64,000 bases of DNA from Arcobacteraceae bacterium (GCA_963662945.1 OY759974.1:928001-992000); one strand, 5' to 3'; positions 52,601 through 62,300 are shown, numbered from the stretch's first letter. Numbers and translations are program-made. The notes: generated by a model from the letters alone, not told the origin.

Positions 52601-52704
52601 AATAATGAAAAGTAAAAATTTTAAATTAAAGTATGTATTCTACATAATTGTAAAAGTTTTGAATAGTAACAAAACAAAACTGTAAAATAGATTAGATGAA
52701 AAAA

Positions 52705-54516
52705 CTACTCTACAGTTACTGATTTTGCTAAATTTCTCGGCATATCCACATCATTACCAAGCCGTACACTTATCTCCATACTTAGAAGTTGTAATACAAC
52801 TAACATTTCAAAAAATTCTAACATATAATGATCAGTTGGTTTTGTTTTAATAAAATCATCGCTAAGTTCAAACTCAAGTGGGCTAATAGCACATATTGTA
52901 CTATCTCTAGCACTTAATTCTTCTACATTTGATTTAATTTTATCATAATGACAATGTTGTGGCATAAGTGCTATAGTAAAAAGTTCTGGGTCTGCTAAAG
53001 CTATTGGTCCGTGTTTCATCTCACCAGCAGGATATCCTTCTGCATGAAGATAACTGATCTCTTTAAGTTTTAAAGCACCTTCTAGGGCAAGTGGATAAAA
53101 TACATCTCGACCTATAAAGAAAAATCCATGTCCATGAAGATATCTTTTTGATAGTCTTCTACACTTCTCATGTAATTTATCCTCAACAATAAGTGACTGT
53201 GGAACTTCTCTTAAAACTTTTAGTTGTTCTTGTAATTCCTGTGTCGAGATTGTTTTATTTGCTTTCGCAAAATATAAAGCCATCATCCATAAAACAACTG
53301 TTTGTGTAGAAAATGCCTTTGTACTAGCTACCCCTTTTTCAATCCCTGCACGAGTTAGAACTGTTGCATCAGCTACTCTTGTCATAGAACTATTATCTAC
53401 ATTACAAACAGCTATACTTCTAAGTCCTGCTTTTTTTGCCATTTTTAAAGCTTCTAGTGTATCTGCTGTTTCACCACTTTGAGAAATAACAATAAAAAGT
53501 GTATCCTCTTTAAGCAATGGTTCTTTATATCTGAATTCACTTGCAATTTCTACACTAGATCGTACTTTTGATAATCTTTCAAAAAGGTATGAAGCTGTTA
53601 ATCCTGCATGATAAGAAGTACCGCAAGCACAAATTTTAATCTCATTAATACCTTTACAAATATCTTCTGTTAATTCTTCAAAATAGATTCCATCATCTTT
53701 TATACGTCCCAACATACTATCAGTTACCACATCATGTTGCTCATAAATCTCTTTTTCCATAAAGAATCTAAAACCATCTTTTTGAGCAAACTGTTTTGAA
53801 CTTGGTAATGTTGTCCATTTTACTTCTTGATTAAATATAATATTTCCATCAACTGCATATCCACTTACTCCATCTTCTAAATAAACAACATCTTGTGCTA
53901 ATCCAATCAATGGTGCATCTGAAGAAGCAAAAAGAATTTCATCTTTATTATTTCCACGTGCTACAGCAAGTGGAGAACCGTGTTTCATAAAAAATATTGT
54001 ATTTGGCTGTGATTTTGTAATAAGAAGTATTGAATAAGCACCTTCAAGTCTAGCAATTGTATCTATAAAAGACTTTTTGGCATCATTTGTTTTATTAAAA
54101 TAATATTCAAAAAGGTGTACTATAACTTCTGTATCTGTTTGAGATACAAACTTATGTCCTACACTTACAAGTTCATCTTTTAATTCTTTATAGTTTTCAA
54201 TAATCCCATTGTGAACCACATAAGAATACTCTCCTAAATGTGGATGAGCATTCAGTTCAGTTGGTTTTCCATGAGTTGCCCATCGAGTGTGACCTATACC
54301 AATAGAAAAATTTATATTTTGTGAATCATAAGATGATGTTTCTACTTTAGCTTCTAAATTTGCAATTTTTCCAACTGCTTTAAAAACATCTAGTTTGTCA
54401 TTTTCTAATATTGCAATACCTGCACTATCATATCCTCTATATTCTAACTCTTTTAATCCATCTATTAATATTTTACTTGTATTTTGTTTTCCTATATATC
54501 CTACAATTCCACACAT
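52705..54516 (-). CDS. glmS: Glutamine-fructose-6-phosphate aminotransferase
   Basis: MCGIVG, EYRGYDSAG, GHTRWATHG, SQSGETADT, PRNLAKSVTVE. Confidence 0.98.
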   Translation of the reverse strand: MCGIVGYIGKQNTSKILIDGLKELEYRGYDSAGIAILENDKLDVFKAVGKIANLEAKVETSSYDSQNINFSIGIGHTRWATHGKPTELNAHPHLGEYSYVVHNGIIENYKELKDELVSVGHKFVSQTDTEVIVHLFEYYFNKTNDAKKSFIDTIARLEGAYSILLITKSQPNTIFFMKHGSPLAVARGNNKDEILFASSDAPLIGLAQDVVYLEDGVSGYAVDGNIIFNQEVKWTTLPSSKQFAQKDGFRFFMEKEIYEQHDVVTDSMLGRIKDDGIYFEELTEDICKGINEIKICACGTSYHAGLTASYLFERLSKVRSSVEIASEFRYKEPLLKEDTLFIVISQSGETADTLEALKMAKKAGLRSIAVCNVDNSSMTRVADATVLTRAGIEKGVASTKAFSTQTVVLWMMALYFAKANKTISTQELQEQLKVLREVPQSLIVEDKLHEKCRRLSKRYLHGHGFFFIGRDVFYPLALEGALKLKEISYLHAEGYPAGEMKHGPIALADPELFTIALMPQHCHYDKIKSNVEELSARDSTICAISPLEFELSDDFIKTKPTDHYMLEFFEMLVVLQLLSMEISVRLGNDVDMPRNLAKSVTVE

Positions 54517-54579
54517 AATTGATAATACCTTTTATAAAAATTAGGCTATTATACCCAAAAAAGAATTAATAGGTAGAAA

Positions 54580-55224
54580 ATGGACTGGAAAACTATTATA
54601 AATGAAGAACAACAAAAAGAGTACTATAAAAAATTAAAAGACTTCGTTGAATCAAGATATTTAACAACTACAGTATATCCTTCTAGAGAGAATATTTTTA
54701 AAGCATTTGAACTTTGTTCTTATGAAAATCTCAAAATTGTAATACTAGGACAAGATCCTTATCATCAGCAGGGACAAGCACAAGGTTTAGCTTTTTCAAC
54801 TCCAGCAAATGTTAAAAACCCACCATCAATGGTAAATATTTTAAAAGAAATTTGTGATGATATAGGTTCATCTAACTGTCTTGATGGAGATTTAACACCT
54901 TGGGCAAAACAAGGGGTTTTACTTATTAACACTATTTTAACTGTAGAGGATAGTAAACCAAAATCTCATGAAAATCAAGGTTGGGAAGTTTTTACAGACA
55001 ATATTATCAAATATATTTCTACAAATAAAGAGAATATTATATTTATATTGTGGGGTGCCCCTGCTATCAAAAAAGCAAAACTTATTGATACTACTAAACA
55101 TCATATTTTAACAGCACCTCATCCAAGCCCACTTTCAAGCTATAGAGGTTTTTTTGGTTGTAAACATTTTAGCCAAACAAACAACATCTTAAAAAGTTTG
55201 CAGAAAGAACCAATTATTTGGTAA
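54580..55224 (+). CDS. ung: Uracil-DNA glycosylase
   Basis: GQDPYH, GLAFS, PPSM.NI, HPSPLS. Confidence 0.97.
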   Translation: MDWKTIINEEQQKEYYKKLKDFVESRYLTTTVYPSRENIFKAFELCSYENLKIVILGQDPYHQQGQAQGLAFSTPANVKNPPSMVNILKEICDDIGSSNCLDGDLTPWAKQGVLLINTILTVEDSKPKSHENQGWEVFTDNIIKYISTNKENIIFILWGAPAIKKAKLIDTTKHHILTAPHPSPLSSYRGFFGCKHFSQTNNILKSLQKEPIIW

Positions 55225-55225
55225 T

Positions 55226-55348
55226 CTATCCTAATTGATGTTGCTGTTGTGTACTTGATTGTTCCATATAGCTTTGAAGATTTGTACATCCTGAAAATAA
55301 AGCTATTACAACAATTGAAATTATTGATAATAAAATAACTCTTTTCAT
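55226..55348 (-). CDS. Small lipoprotein, 40 aa (not in ORF track)
   Basis: MKRVILLSIISIVVIALFSGCTNLQSYMEQSSTQQQHQLG; AAAGGA RBS; lipobox FSGC. Confidence 0.7.
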   Translation of the reverse strand: MKRVILLSIISIVVIALFSGCTNLQSYMEQSSTQQQHQLG

Positions 55349-55453
55349 TTTTTATCCTTTCATGATTTTATAAAATTATAGAACTTTGTGATGAATAAAA
55401 TATGAATTTATTTTTATTTGGTATAATCTGATTTTATAAAAAAGGTACTTGTA

Positions 55454-56011
55454 ATGAACTATTATTTAGGTTTAGATATTCTGTTTTTACTATTCACTAT
55501 TTTTGCTTGTTATTATAGCTATCAAAGAAAAATATATCTCAAAATATTTGATTATTTTAAAATCTTTTTTATCATTACAGTTTCTGCAAAACTTTCAAGT
55601 TATACAGGCATATTATTACAAAAACTTTATATTACAAAAGCAGATACTTATACAACACTTATTCTTATTGCTTTTGTGGTTAATCTTCTTATTATCTATT
55701 TTAGTTGGAAATATATTTTTCATTTTACTAGAAAATATATAAACAATGAAAAACTCAAAATTTTATTTGCAAAAATTTTTACAGGTATTGAAGTATTAAT
55801 CATCATTACTTTTTCTCTCTATATTTTAATGCAAATTTATCTTGTAAAAGTGTATCTTCATCCTATTTTTAAAGAAACTTATTCTTACCCAAAAATAGAA
55901 AAATTCTATAAAAGTTTTTTAAATGATAATTTTGTCAATATGGTACTAGGTTCTGATACTGGTACAAACCATAAAGAAGTAATATTTAAAAGTTTTAAAA
56001 ATAGTTTTTAA
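55454..56011 (+). CDS. Membrane protein, CvpA-like
   Basis: About 4 TM helices, D-IL..Y.RK N-terminal pattern, terminal TYSYP. Confidence 0.5.
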   Translation: MNYYLGLDILFLLFTIFACYYSYQRKIYLKIFDYFKIFFIITVSAKLSSYTGILLQKLYITKADTYTTLILIAFVVNLLIIYFSWKYIFHFTRKYINNEKLKILFAKIFTGIEVLIIITFSLYILMQIYLVKVYLHPIFKETYSYPKIEKFYKSFLNDNFVNMVLGSDTGTNHKEVIFKSFKNSF

Positions 56012-56062
56012 AACTACTCTTTTTCTTATTCAATACAATTAACTTACATTATATTAAATATA

Positions 56063-56097
56063 AAACTAACAAATAATTAACACTTCTCTTTTATAAT
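56063..56097 (+). promoter_or_regulatory. Direct-repeat box (CTAACA-N5-TTAACA) plus -10 TATAAT of the bd-like operon
   Basis: AAACTAACAAATAATTAACACTT-6 nt-TATAAT; near-identical box at 59488-59510. Confidence 0.65.
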
Positions 56098-56125
56098 GAC
56101 AGCCAACTTAAAAAAAGGAGGCTTT

Positions 56126-57463
56126 ATGGATATTATAGGACAATTTCCGTTGTTTTATTTTCCTGAATACGGAAGTGCTTGGATGATGGGAATGACGGGT
56201 ACCATACACATCTTAGCATCACATACTTCTGTCGGTGCTGCAATGCTTTTTGCATTTTTAGCTTACAAAGCATATAAAGAGGATAGAAGTGATTTATATC
56301 CTTATATGAAAAAATACGGTATGTTTTTACTGATTTTCTCTTATGTTATAGGTTCTATCACTGGACCTGGGATTTGGTACACAGCAACTGCTGCAAGTCC
56401 AAGGGGTATTAGTGCATTGATACATAACTTTGTATGGGTCTGGGCAACTGAGTGGGTATTTTTTGTGTATGAAGTTATAGGAGTTTTTGTTCTTGTATAC
56501 TTTATAGATAAAATAGATAAAAAAACTCATCTAAAACTCACATTTTCATTTGCATTAGCATCTGTAGGAACATTGGCACTTATTATTGGTATCATTAGTT
56601 TTATGATGTGGCCAGGTACTGAAGCGTATTATGCAACAGGAAGTGCAAGTGATGCATTCTTTGGTACAAATACCTTCCCTCATATGTTCTTGCGAATTGG
56701 ATTTATGATAATGCTTTCAGGTGTTATAGGTCTTGTAATTTCAAGTGCTATGAAAAAAGATAATCTAGAACTTTCTCGTGAACTCACTAAAAAAATGGGT
56801 TACATCAGTATGCTTGGTGGATTTTTAGTTCTATTTTTCTTTATGTGGTACATGGGAACACTCCCTGATAATGCACATGCAGTATTTAATGTAACAAAAG
56901 CAGATGTTATTCAAAGTAGAATTATTCTTACAATTGTTTTTTCATTGTATTTCTTAATAGCTATTGTGAAGCCTCAATTTATAAGTACACCACTAGCAAG
57001 TGTTATGATTTTTGTTATATTAATAGCAGGAATTTGGCCAGGTGAAAAACTACGAGAATCGATGAGAAAACCATATGTTGCTGGTCAATATATCTATTCA
57101 AATCAAATTATAAGTCGTGATGTTGAAGGAAAAGGTATCAAAAATGAGTTGCCTATAATAGCCGAAAAAGGTTTATTACAAGTAAATCCATTTGTTCCTG
57201 AGAATTTAAAAGTAATCACAGAAGAAAACAAAATTGAAGCTGGAAAACTTTTAACAAGAATGTCTTGTTCAAACTGTCATTCATTAGAAAAAACAGGAAA
57301 ATTTAGACCTTTAAAAGATAGACTACAAGGTATGGATAAAGAAGCTATTAAATCAACATTATACGCTATTGGTGATGGGGCATTTCCATATATGCCAAAA
57401 CTCAAACTACCTGAACAAGAATATGATGCAATTGCAGAATATCTTGTATCGTTGAAATATTAA
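56126..57463 (+). CDS. Cytochrome bd subunit I (CydA)-like protein fused to a C-terminal monoheme cytochrome c
   Basis: HILASH, G.ITG, ATEWVFF.YE, RESMRKPY (GRQPW-equivalent), CSNCH...MP; start ATG 56126 after AGGAGG. Confidence 0.8.
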   Translation: MDIIGQFPLFYFPEYGSAWMMGMTGTIHILASHTSVGAAMLFAFLAYKAYKEDRSDLYPYMKKYGMFLLIFSYVIGSITGPGIWYTATAASPRGISALIHNFVWVWATEWVFFVYEVIGVFVLVYFIDKIDKKTHLKLTFSFALASVGTLALIIGIISFMMWPGTEAYYATGSASDAFFGTNTFPHMFLRIGFMIMLSGVIGLVISSAMKKDNLELSRELTKKMGYISMLGGFLVLFFFMWYMGTLPDNAHAVFNVTKADVIQSRIILTIVFSLYFLIAIVKPQFISTPLASVMIFVILIAGIWPGEKLRESMRKPYVAGQYIYSNQIISRDVEGKGIKNELPIIAEKGLLQVNPFVPENLKVITEENKIEAGKLLTRMSCSNCHSLEKTGKFRPLKDRLQGMDKEAIKSTLYAIGDGAFPYMPKLKLPEQEYDAIAEYLVSLKY

Positions 57464-57472
57464 GGAGGAATT

Positions 57473-58663
57473 ATGGACGCATCAGTATTATTGGCTCTTA
57501 GAGACCCAGCGGGGGTACCATTTTATCCAGTTGTATTTCAAGCATTGTATATCTTAACTTGGGCTTTACATGCGGCATTTGTTTTACTGGCATTGGGTTC
57601 TATGGGACTTTCACTTGTTGGAACATTGAAACAAGATGATCCTACTTGGAAAATCTTAACGCCACATTTGATTCAAACTGGAAAAATAAGTATCTCAATA
57701 CTTATTGTTTTAGGTGTTGCACCACTTTTATTTACACAAGTAATTTATGATCCAAATTGGTATGTAGCAAATACCTTATCTGGTATGTGGGTATTTATAT
57801 TTATTTACACATTAGTTGTTGGTTATATTATGTATTATTGGTATTACTATGCAAACAAAAAAACGCAAGGTGGTGGTAAACTTGTTGGTCTTATCTCATT
57901 TGCTATCTTAGTATTTGCAGGTGTACTTATGCATAACTTTGCAGTAACTTCAATTATGCCAAATGATTGGATGAATATGTATGCACCAAATGGAATCGTT
58001 GACAATAGCGGTTGGACATTTAATGTAGATGTTATCAGACTAGCTTTTATGGTAAGTTTAGCTATTCCAGTTGTTGGAATATTTTTACAAAACTATAGCA
58101 AGTTTTTAAGTACAAGACCAGACTTTAGTGAAGAATTTATACAATACACTGCTTCTCTTGGAACAAAAATAGGAGTTACAGGTTTAATCATAAGTGCAGT
58201 TGCTTTTGCTTTATGGATGTTACAAATCAATTATTTGATGCATCCATTATCTTTGGCAATTGTTGTAGGTGTAGTTGTATTATTACTAATGGTTTTACAA
58301 AACAAAAACAGTTACATCACAACTGGTGTACTAGTAGTAGTGGCATTATTAATTTCTGCAATGAGAGAACTTATTAGATTTGATATTATGGCTAAATTAG
58401 GATATAGTATTTATGATTATCCAGTAAATCTTGAAATACCTTCTATTACAATGTTTTTATTAACATTTCTAATAATGGGTGGTGTTGGAGTTGCATGGTT
58501 ATTGACTATGGCTTGGAAAGTTGGTAAAAATCAAGGCGTTTTTGATGGTTCAAAAGATACAGCTGTAACTAAACTTGGTAATTACACACTTGCTATAATG
58601 GTTCTATGGATGGTAATATATTTTGGATGGGGTATGACAATTTTATTTAATAATATACTTTAA
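57473..58663 (+). CDS. Polytopic membrane partner subunit (CydA-paralogue-like)
   Basis: ALHAAFV, GVAPLLFTQV.Y, MRELIR; about 11 TM helices; AGGAGG RBS. Confidence 0.7.
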   Translation: MDASVLLALRDPAGVPFYPVVFQALYILTWALHAAFVLLALGSMGLSLVGTLKQDDPTWKILTPHLIQTGKISISILIVLGVAPLLFTQVIYDPNWYVANTLSGMWVFIFIYTLVVGYIMYYWYYYANKKTQGGGKLVGLISFAILVFAGVLMHNFAVTSIMPNDWMNMYAPNGIVDNSGWTFNVDVIRLAFMVSLAIPVVGIFLQNYSKFLSTRPDFSEEFIQYTASLGTKIGVTGLIISAVAFALWMLQINYLMHPLSLAIVVGVVVLLLMVLQNKNSYITTGVLVVVALLISAMRELIRFDIMAKLGYSIYDYPVNLEIPSITMFLLTFLIMGGVGVAWLLTMAWKVGKNQGVFDGSKDTAVTKLGNYTLAIMVLWMVIYFGWGMTILFNNIL

Positions 58664-58686
58664 AATATTTATCAAAACAATGAAAT

Positions 58687-58715
58687 GCCGAAGAGTACAC
58701 ACTCTTTGGCTTTTA
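58687..58715 (+). terminator. Rho-independent terminator
   Basis: GCCGAAGAGT-ACAC-ACTCTTTGGC-TTTTA. Confidence 0.75.
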
Positions 58716-58737
58716 TAGTTTCAATAGAAGGGTAACA

Positions 58738-59409
58738 ATGACCGGTACAAAAATACTTTTTTTAGAAGATGATATACTCTACCAAGAAAGCATAAAAGAT
58801 CTTTTGGAAGAGGAAGAATTTATAGTTGAAACATGTAATGATGGAAATGATTTTTTAGATAAAATTTTTGATACAGTTTATGACTTATATATTCTTGATC
58901 TTAATGTTCCTCAAATAGATGGCTTTGAACTTATGAAAATACTCAAAGAGTATAAAGACACCACAATGAAACTAGTACTTACATCTAGAAATAACACACT
59001 TACACAATCATTTCACAATGGCTGTGATGAATATCTAAATAAAACTATAGATGCAGAGGAACTTTTAATTCGTATAAAAACACTTATTAAAAGAGGATAC
59101 AACTCTTACGATGAATCTATTCATATATCTGAAGATATTGATTATGATTTGTTTCACAAAAAAATATATAAAAACAAACAATGCATTGAACTTGAAGTTC
59201 GCTCTTTATTAATCTTGGATTATATGATTAAAAAAAGAGGAAAATTTATCTCAAGTGTAGAACTAGAAAAAAACACCTATCCTTGCAGTTGCGATTCCAA
59301 GTTAGATGTTATACGATACCATATTTGGAATTTACGAAATCTTTTAGGGAAAGATATCATTGAATCAAAGAAAAGTCTTGGTTATAGAATAAAGCCACTA
59401 AGTGCTTAG
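58738..59409 (+). CDS. OmpR-family response regulator
   Basis: LEDD, ILDLNVP..DG, winged-helix IRYHI.NLR..LG...I....LGY. Confidence 0.92.
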   Translation: MTGTKILFLEDDILYQESIKDLLEEEEFIVETCNDGNDFLDKIFDTVYDLYILDLNVPQIDGFELMKILKEYKDTTMKLVLTSRNNTLTQSFHNGCDEYLNKTIDAEELLIRIKTLIKRGYNSYDESIHISEDIDYDLFHKKIYKNKQCIELEVRSLLILDYMIKKRGKFISSVELEKNTYPCSCDSKLDVIRYHIWNLRNLLGKDIIESKKSLGYRIKPLSA

Positions 59410-59469
59410 TGACTTTAGGCGTTAGACTAAAAAACCTTTAGGAGGAGATTGTTCTAACTTTTTGTAGGT
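59390..59469 (-). ncRNA. Candidate ~80-nt small RNA with CU-rich (anti-Shine-Dalgarno) segment
   Basis: Own box plus -10 (TAAGAT 59476-59481); GTTAGA..TCTAAC stem enclosing UCUCCUCCU; terminator AAAGTCACTAAG-CA-CTTAGTGGCTTT. Confidence 0.55.
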
Positions 59470-59475
59470 AATAAA

Positions 59476-59510
59476 ATCTTACCAAACAAGTGTTAATCGT
59501 TTGTTAGTTT
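59476..59510 (-). promoter_or_regulatory. Direct-repeat box plus -10 driving the candidate sRNA
   Basis: AAACTAACAAACGATTAACACTT-6 nt-TAAGAT; 21/23 identical to 56063-56085 with the same spacing. Confidence 0.6.
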
Positions 59511-59958
59511 ACAATTTCTTTTTTACATATTCTCCATTTACCTTGATTGGCTTAAATGTATCAAATACCCAAGGAACTAAAACCTCTAATTCTTTTTCAG
59601 ATAAAAATCCTTTTAAAGATGGCATTCTTCCAAAATTTTTTACTACAAAATCTTCACAGTTTGTTTTATCTGGTGATGGATTATATAAATAATCTTTTAA
59701 AAATTTAATAGACTCTTCTTTTAACTCTTCATCTTTAAAAGGACCATCAACTGCATCTATAGTAATAACAACACTAGACATAGCTACATCTATAGGTGGT
59801 GCCACCATTTTCATTCTTTCTGCTTGATTTTTTGGTTTTCCAATATTGTGACACATTGCACACTTTTTTTCAAAAATTTGTTCAGGGCTTCTAGGCTCTT
59901 GTGCAAAAGTTATTGTTGATAATAAAGCTATACTTGTAGCTAAAGTTATTAGTTTCAT
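59509..59958 (-). CDS. Periplasmic monoheme cytochrome c
   Basis: Signal peptide, CAMCH, APP, FGRMP distal Met. Confidence 0.88.
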   Translation of the reverse strand: MKLITLATSIALLSTITFAQEPRSPEQIFEKKCAMCHNIGKPKNQAERMKMVAPPIDVAMSSVVITIDAVDGPFKDEELKEESIKFLKDYLYNPSPDKTNCEDFVVKNFGRMPSLKGFLSEKELEVLVPWVFDTFKPIKVNGEYVKKKL

Positions 59959-60036
59959 AAATTACTCCTTCTATAAGAGATAATTATAAGGGATTAAGTT
60001 TAAAAAGAATTAAAATCTATTACTTTAAATTATATC

Positions 60037-60053
60037 TTGGTACGAATCTTGCA
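60037..60053 (+). promoter_or_regulatory. Possible sigma54 -24/-12 promoter
   Basis: TTGGTAC-GAATC-TTGCA, correct GG-N10-GC spacing, about 30 bp before the 60085 ATG. Confidence 0.5.
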
Positions 60054-60084
60054 TTTATATTTAGATAAAATTTAAGGATATACT

Positions 60085-60462
60085 ATGGAAGAAAATATTT
60101 ACCAAAAAGCTTACAACTGGGCAACAACACACACTTTTGAACCAATAGAGATAGAATATGCATCAAAACTAGCACTTAAAATGTTAGATAACTCTTGTAA
60201 TATGTCCCATGAGGATAGAAAAGTATTCTTTTATGTTTATGATGCGCTAACAGATAGAAGTGATATAAAACTTGAAGATGATGTAAATCAGCTGATACAA
60301 TTAGCACGAAATAGAGAAACGATATTCTCAAAACCAGAATTTGCACCAATTGTCCATGCTTGTAAAATGGAAGTGATGCCAACAATGGAAAAAAAATATA
60401 TGAAAAGATATAAAAAAATGGTGAGAAAAAATTTAGGGATGTTAGAAACTGAAGATGAGTAA
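60085..60462 (+). CDS. Hypothetical protein
   Basis: 125-aa ORF with AAGGA RBS. Confidence 0.7.
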   Translation: MEENIYQKAYNWATTHTFEPIEIEYASKLALKMLDNSCNMSHEDRKVFFYVYDALTDRSDIKLEDDVNQLIQLARNRETIFSKPEFAPIVHACKMEVMPTMEKKYMKRYKKMVRKNLGMLETEDE

Positions 60463-60470
60463 AAAACTCA

Positions 60471-62300
60471 TTACAGCATCTCTAATTTCTTATCATACTC
60501 ATGTGTGATCTCTTCAAGTTTTAACTGATTCTCTTCAAGTAGTTCAAACTTATCTTCAACCTCTTTTTCATATTTTACTATGATGGAAGAGAGTTCTATA
60601 ATTTTACTATTATCTCCACTATTTGAAGCAATTACAAGCTCAGCTTGTTTTTTTTCTATCAAATCTTCAATCTCTATGATACTATTTTCTAGCTTTTCTA
60701 CCTCTTTTTTCAAAGGGGTTGCTAATTTGTTTTTTTCAGTGATTAAAGCTGCTCTTAGTTTTTTATTCTCTTTTTTATCCACTTTAGGAGTTTTTTTAGC
60801 CTTTTGTTCAAACTCTTCATCTTCCCAACCGATTTTTTCTAAAAACTCATCATAAGTTCCATTGAAATAATCAGCACCGCTTGAAGAAAATACTATCAAT
60901 CTATCACAAACTTCTCTTAAAAGTTTTTCACTATGGGTTACTACTATACAAGAACCTTTAAACTTTTTAATAGCTTTTGTTAAAGAATCAATCGATTGCA
61001 TATCAAGATGATTTGTAGGCTCATCAAGAAACAAGAGATTCACATCTTTTGCCAAAATTTGCCCAAGCATCACTCTACTTTTTTCCCCACCTGATAAAAG
61101 AGATATTTTTTTCTTCGCATCATCCCCACTAAACATCATAGAACCACAAATACCTCGAACTGTTGATTCTGCTAATTTAGAATTAACGCTATAAATTTCA
61201 TCCATAATAGTATTTTTTGGATTTAAATGTGCAATATTTGTTTGTCCAAAATGTCCAAAAGATGTTGAAAGATGGTAATCAACTGTTCCACTTATCTGTT
61301 TTAACTCTTTTGCAATAGTATTTAATAAGGTAGATTTCCCTTTCCCATTTTTACCTATGATTCCAAGAGTTTCTCCCTTTTCAAGAGTAAATGAGATATC
61401 TTTAAATAAAATATTATCAGCTGTGTATCCAAAACTCAAATCTTTCACATCAAGTAAGACTTTTGCAGGTGTATCTTTGTAGTTAAAATCAAACTCTAAG
61501 TTAGCATCATCCACTATTGAGTCCATATCATCCATCTTTTCTAGGAGTTTCACTTTTGATTGTGCTTGAGCTGCTGTTGAGGCTCTAGCTTTATTTTTAG
61601 CTATAAATTCTTCTAGCTCTTTTCTTTTTTTATCTTGGGCTATTTTTTGTTTTTCATGATGTTCATCATCTGCAGCTAACTGTTCATAAAACTTATACGT
61701 ATCCCCTTTTATAGTAAATAGATTTTTTCTGATTATCCCCATGGTATGGGTTGAAACAGCATCCATAAAATCTCTATCATGGGTGATGAGGATAACTTCC
61801 CCATCAAAGTTTTGTAAAAAGTTTTTTAACCATCGAAGTGAAAGGATATCAAGATAGTTTGTTGGCTCATCTAAAAGCAAGAGATTTGGTTCCGTTATAA
61901 GCAGTTTTGCAAGATTTATACGGATTTGATACCCACCAGAAAAAGACAAAGGGTCTTTTTCTAAATCTGCATCACTAAATCCCAAACCAAATAATATCTT
62001 CTCAACTTTATAGATACTAAACTTATCATCTTCACTTAAAGCTAAGGCTGTTTCATCTCTCAATGTTGCTTCACTAAACTCCAAATGTTGCTTTAAAGCC
62101 CCTATTTTATACCCTTTAGGGATAGAGATCTCCCCCTCATCTGGATGCTCTTCATCAAGTATCAGTTTAAATAAAGTTGATTTACCTGTACCGTTTCTCC
62201 CTACAAGCCCTACTCTATCTCCTGAATTTAATCGAAAGTTTAAATTTGAAAAAAGTTCTTTTGTGCCAAAATGTTTTGAAATATTTGTTAGTTGTATCAT
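60471..62300 (-). CDS. ABC-F family ATPase
   Basis: Two NBDs (GRNGTGKST/FSGG/LLDEPTN; GKNGKGKST/LSGGE/FLDEPTN), no TM helices, C-terminal coiled coil. Confidence 0.93.
   Translation of the reverse strand: MIQLTNISKHFGTKELFSNLNFRLNSGDRVGLVGRNGTGKSTLFKLILDEEHPDEGEISIPKGYKIGALKQHLEFSEATLRDETALALSEDDKFSIYKVEKILFGLGFSDADLEKDPLSFSGGYQIRINLAKLLITEPNLLLLDEPTNYLDILSLRWLKNFLQNFDGEVILITHDRDFMDAVSTHTMGIIRKNLFTIKGDTYKFYEQLAADDEHHEKQKIAQDKKRKELEEFIAKNKARASTAAQAQSKVKLLEKMDDMDSIVDDANLEFDFNYKDTPAKVLLDVKDLSFGYTADNILFKDISFTLEKGETLGIIGKNGKGKSTLLNTIAKELKQISGTVDYHLSTSFGHFGQTNIAHLNPKNTIMDEIYSVNSKLAESTVRGICGSMMFSGDDAKKKISLLSGGEKSRVMLGQILAKDVNLLFLDEPTNHLDMQSIDSLTKAIKKFKGSCIVVTHSEKLLREVCDRLIVFSSSGADYFNGTYDEFLEKIGWEDEEFEQKAKKTPKVDKKENKKLRAALITEKNKLATPLKKEVEKLENSIIEIEDLIEKKQAELVIASNSGDNSKIIELSSIIVKYEKEVEDKFELLEENQLKLEEITHEYDKKLEML

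Noticed and set aside
54517-54579. glmS ribozyme; SAM or TPP riboswitches before metK and thiE
   Set aside because: The glmS-ung gap is only 63 bp and AT-rich; no riboswitch consensus seen; thiE overlaps accD
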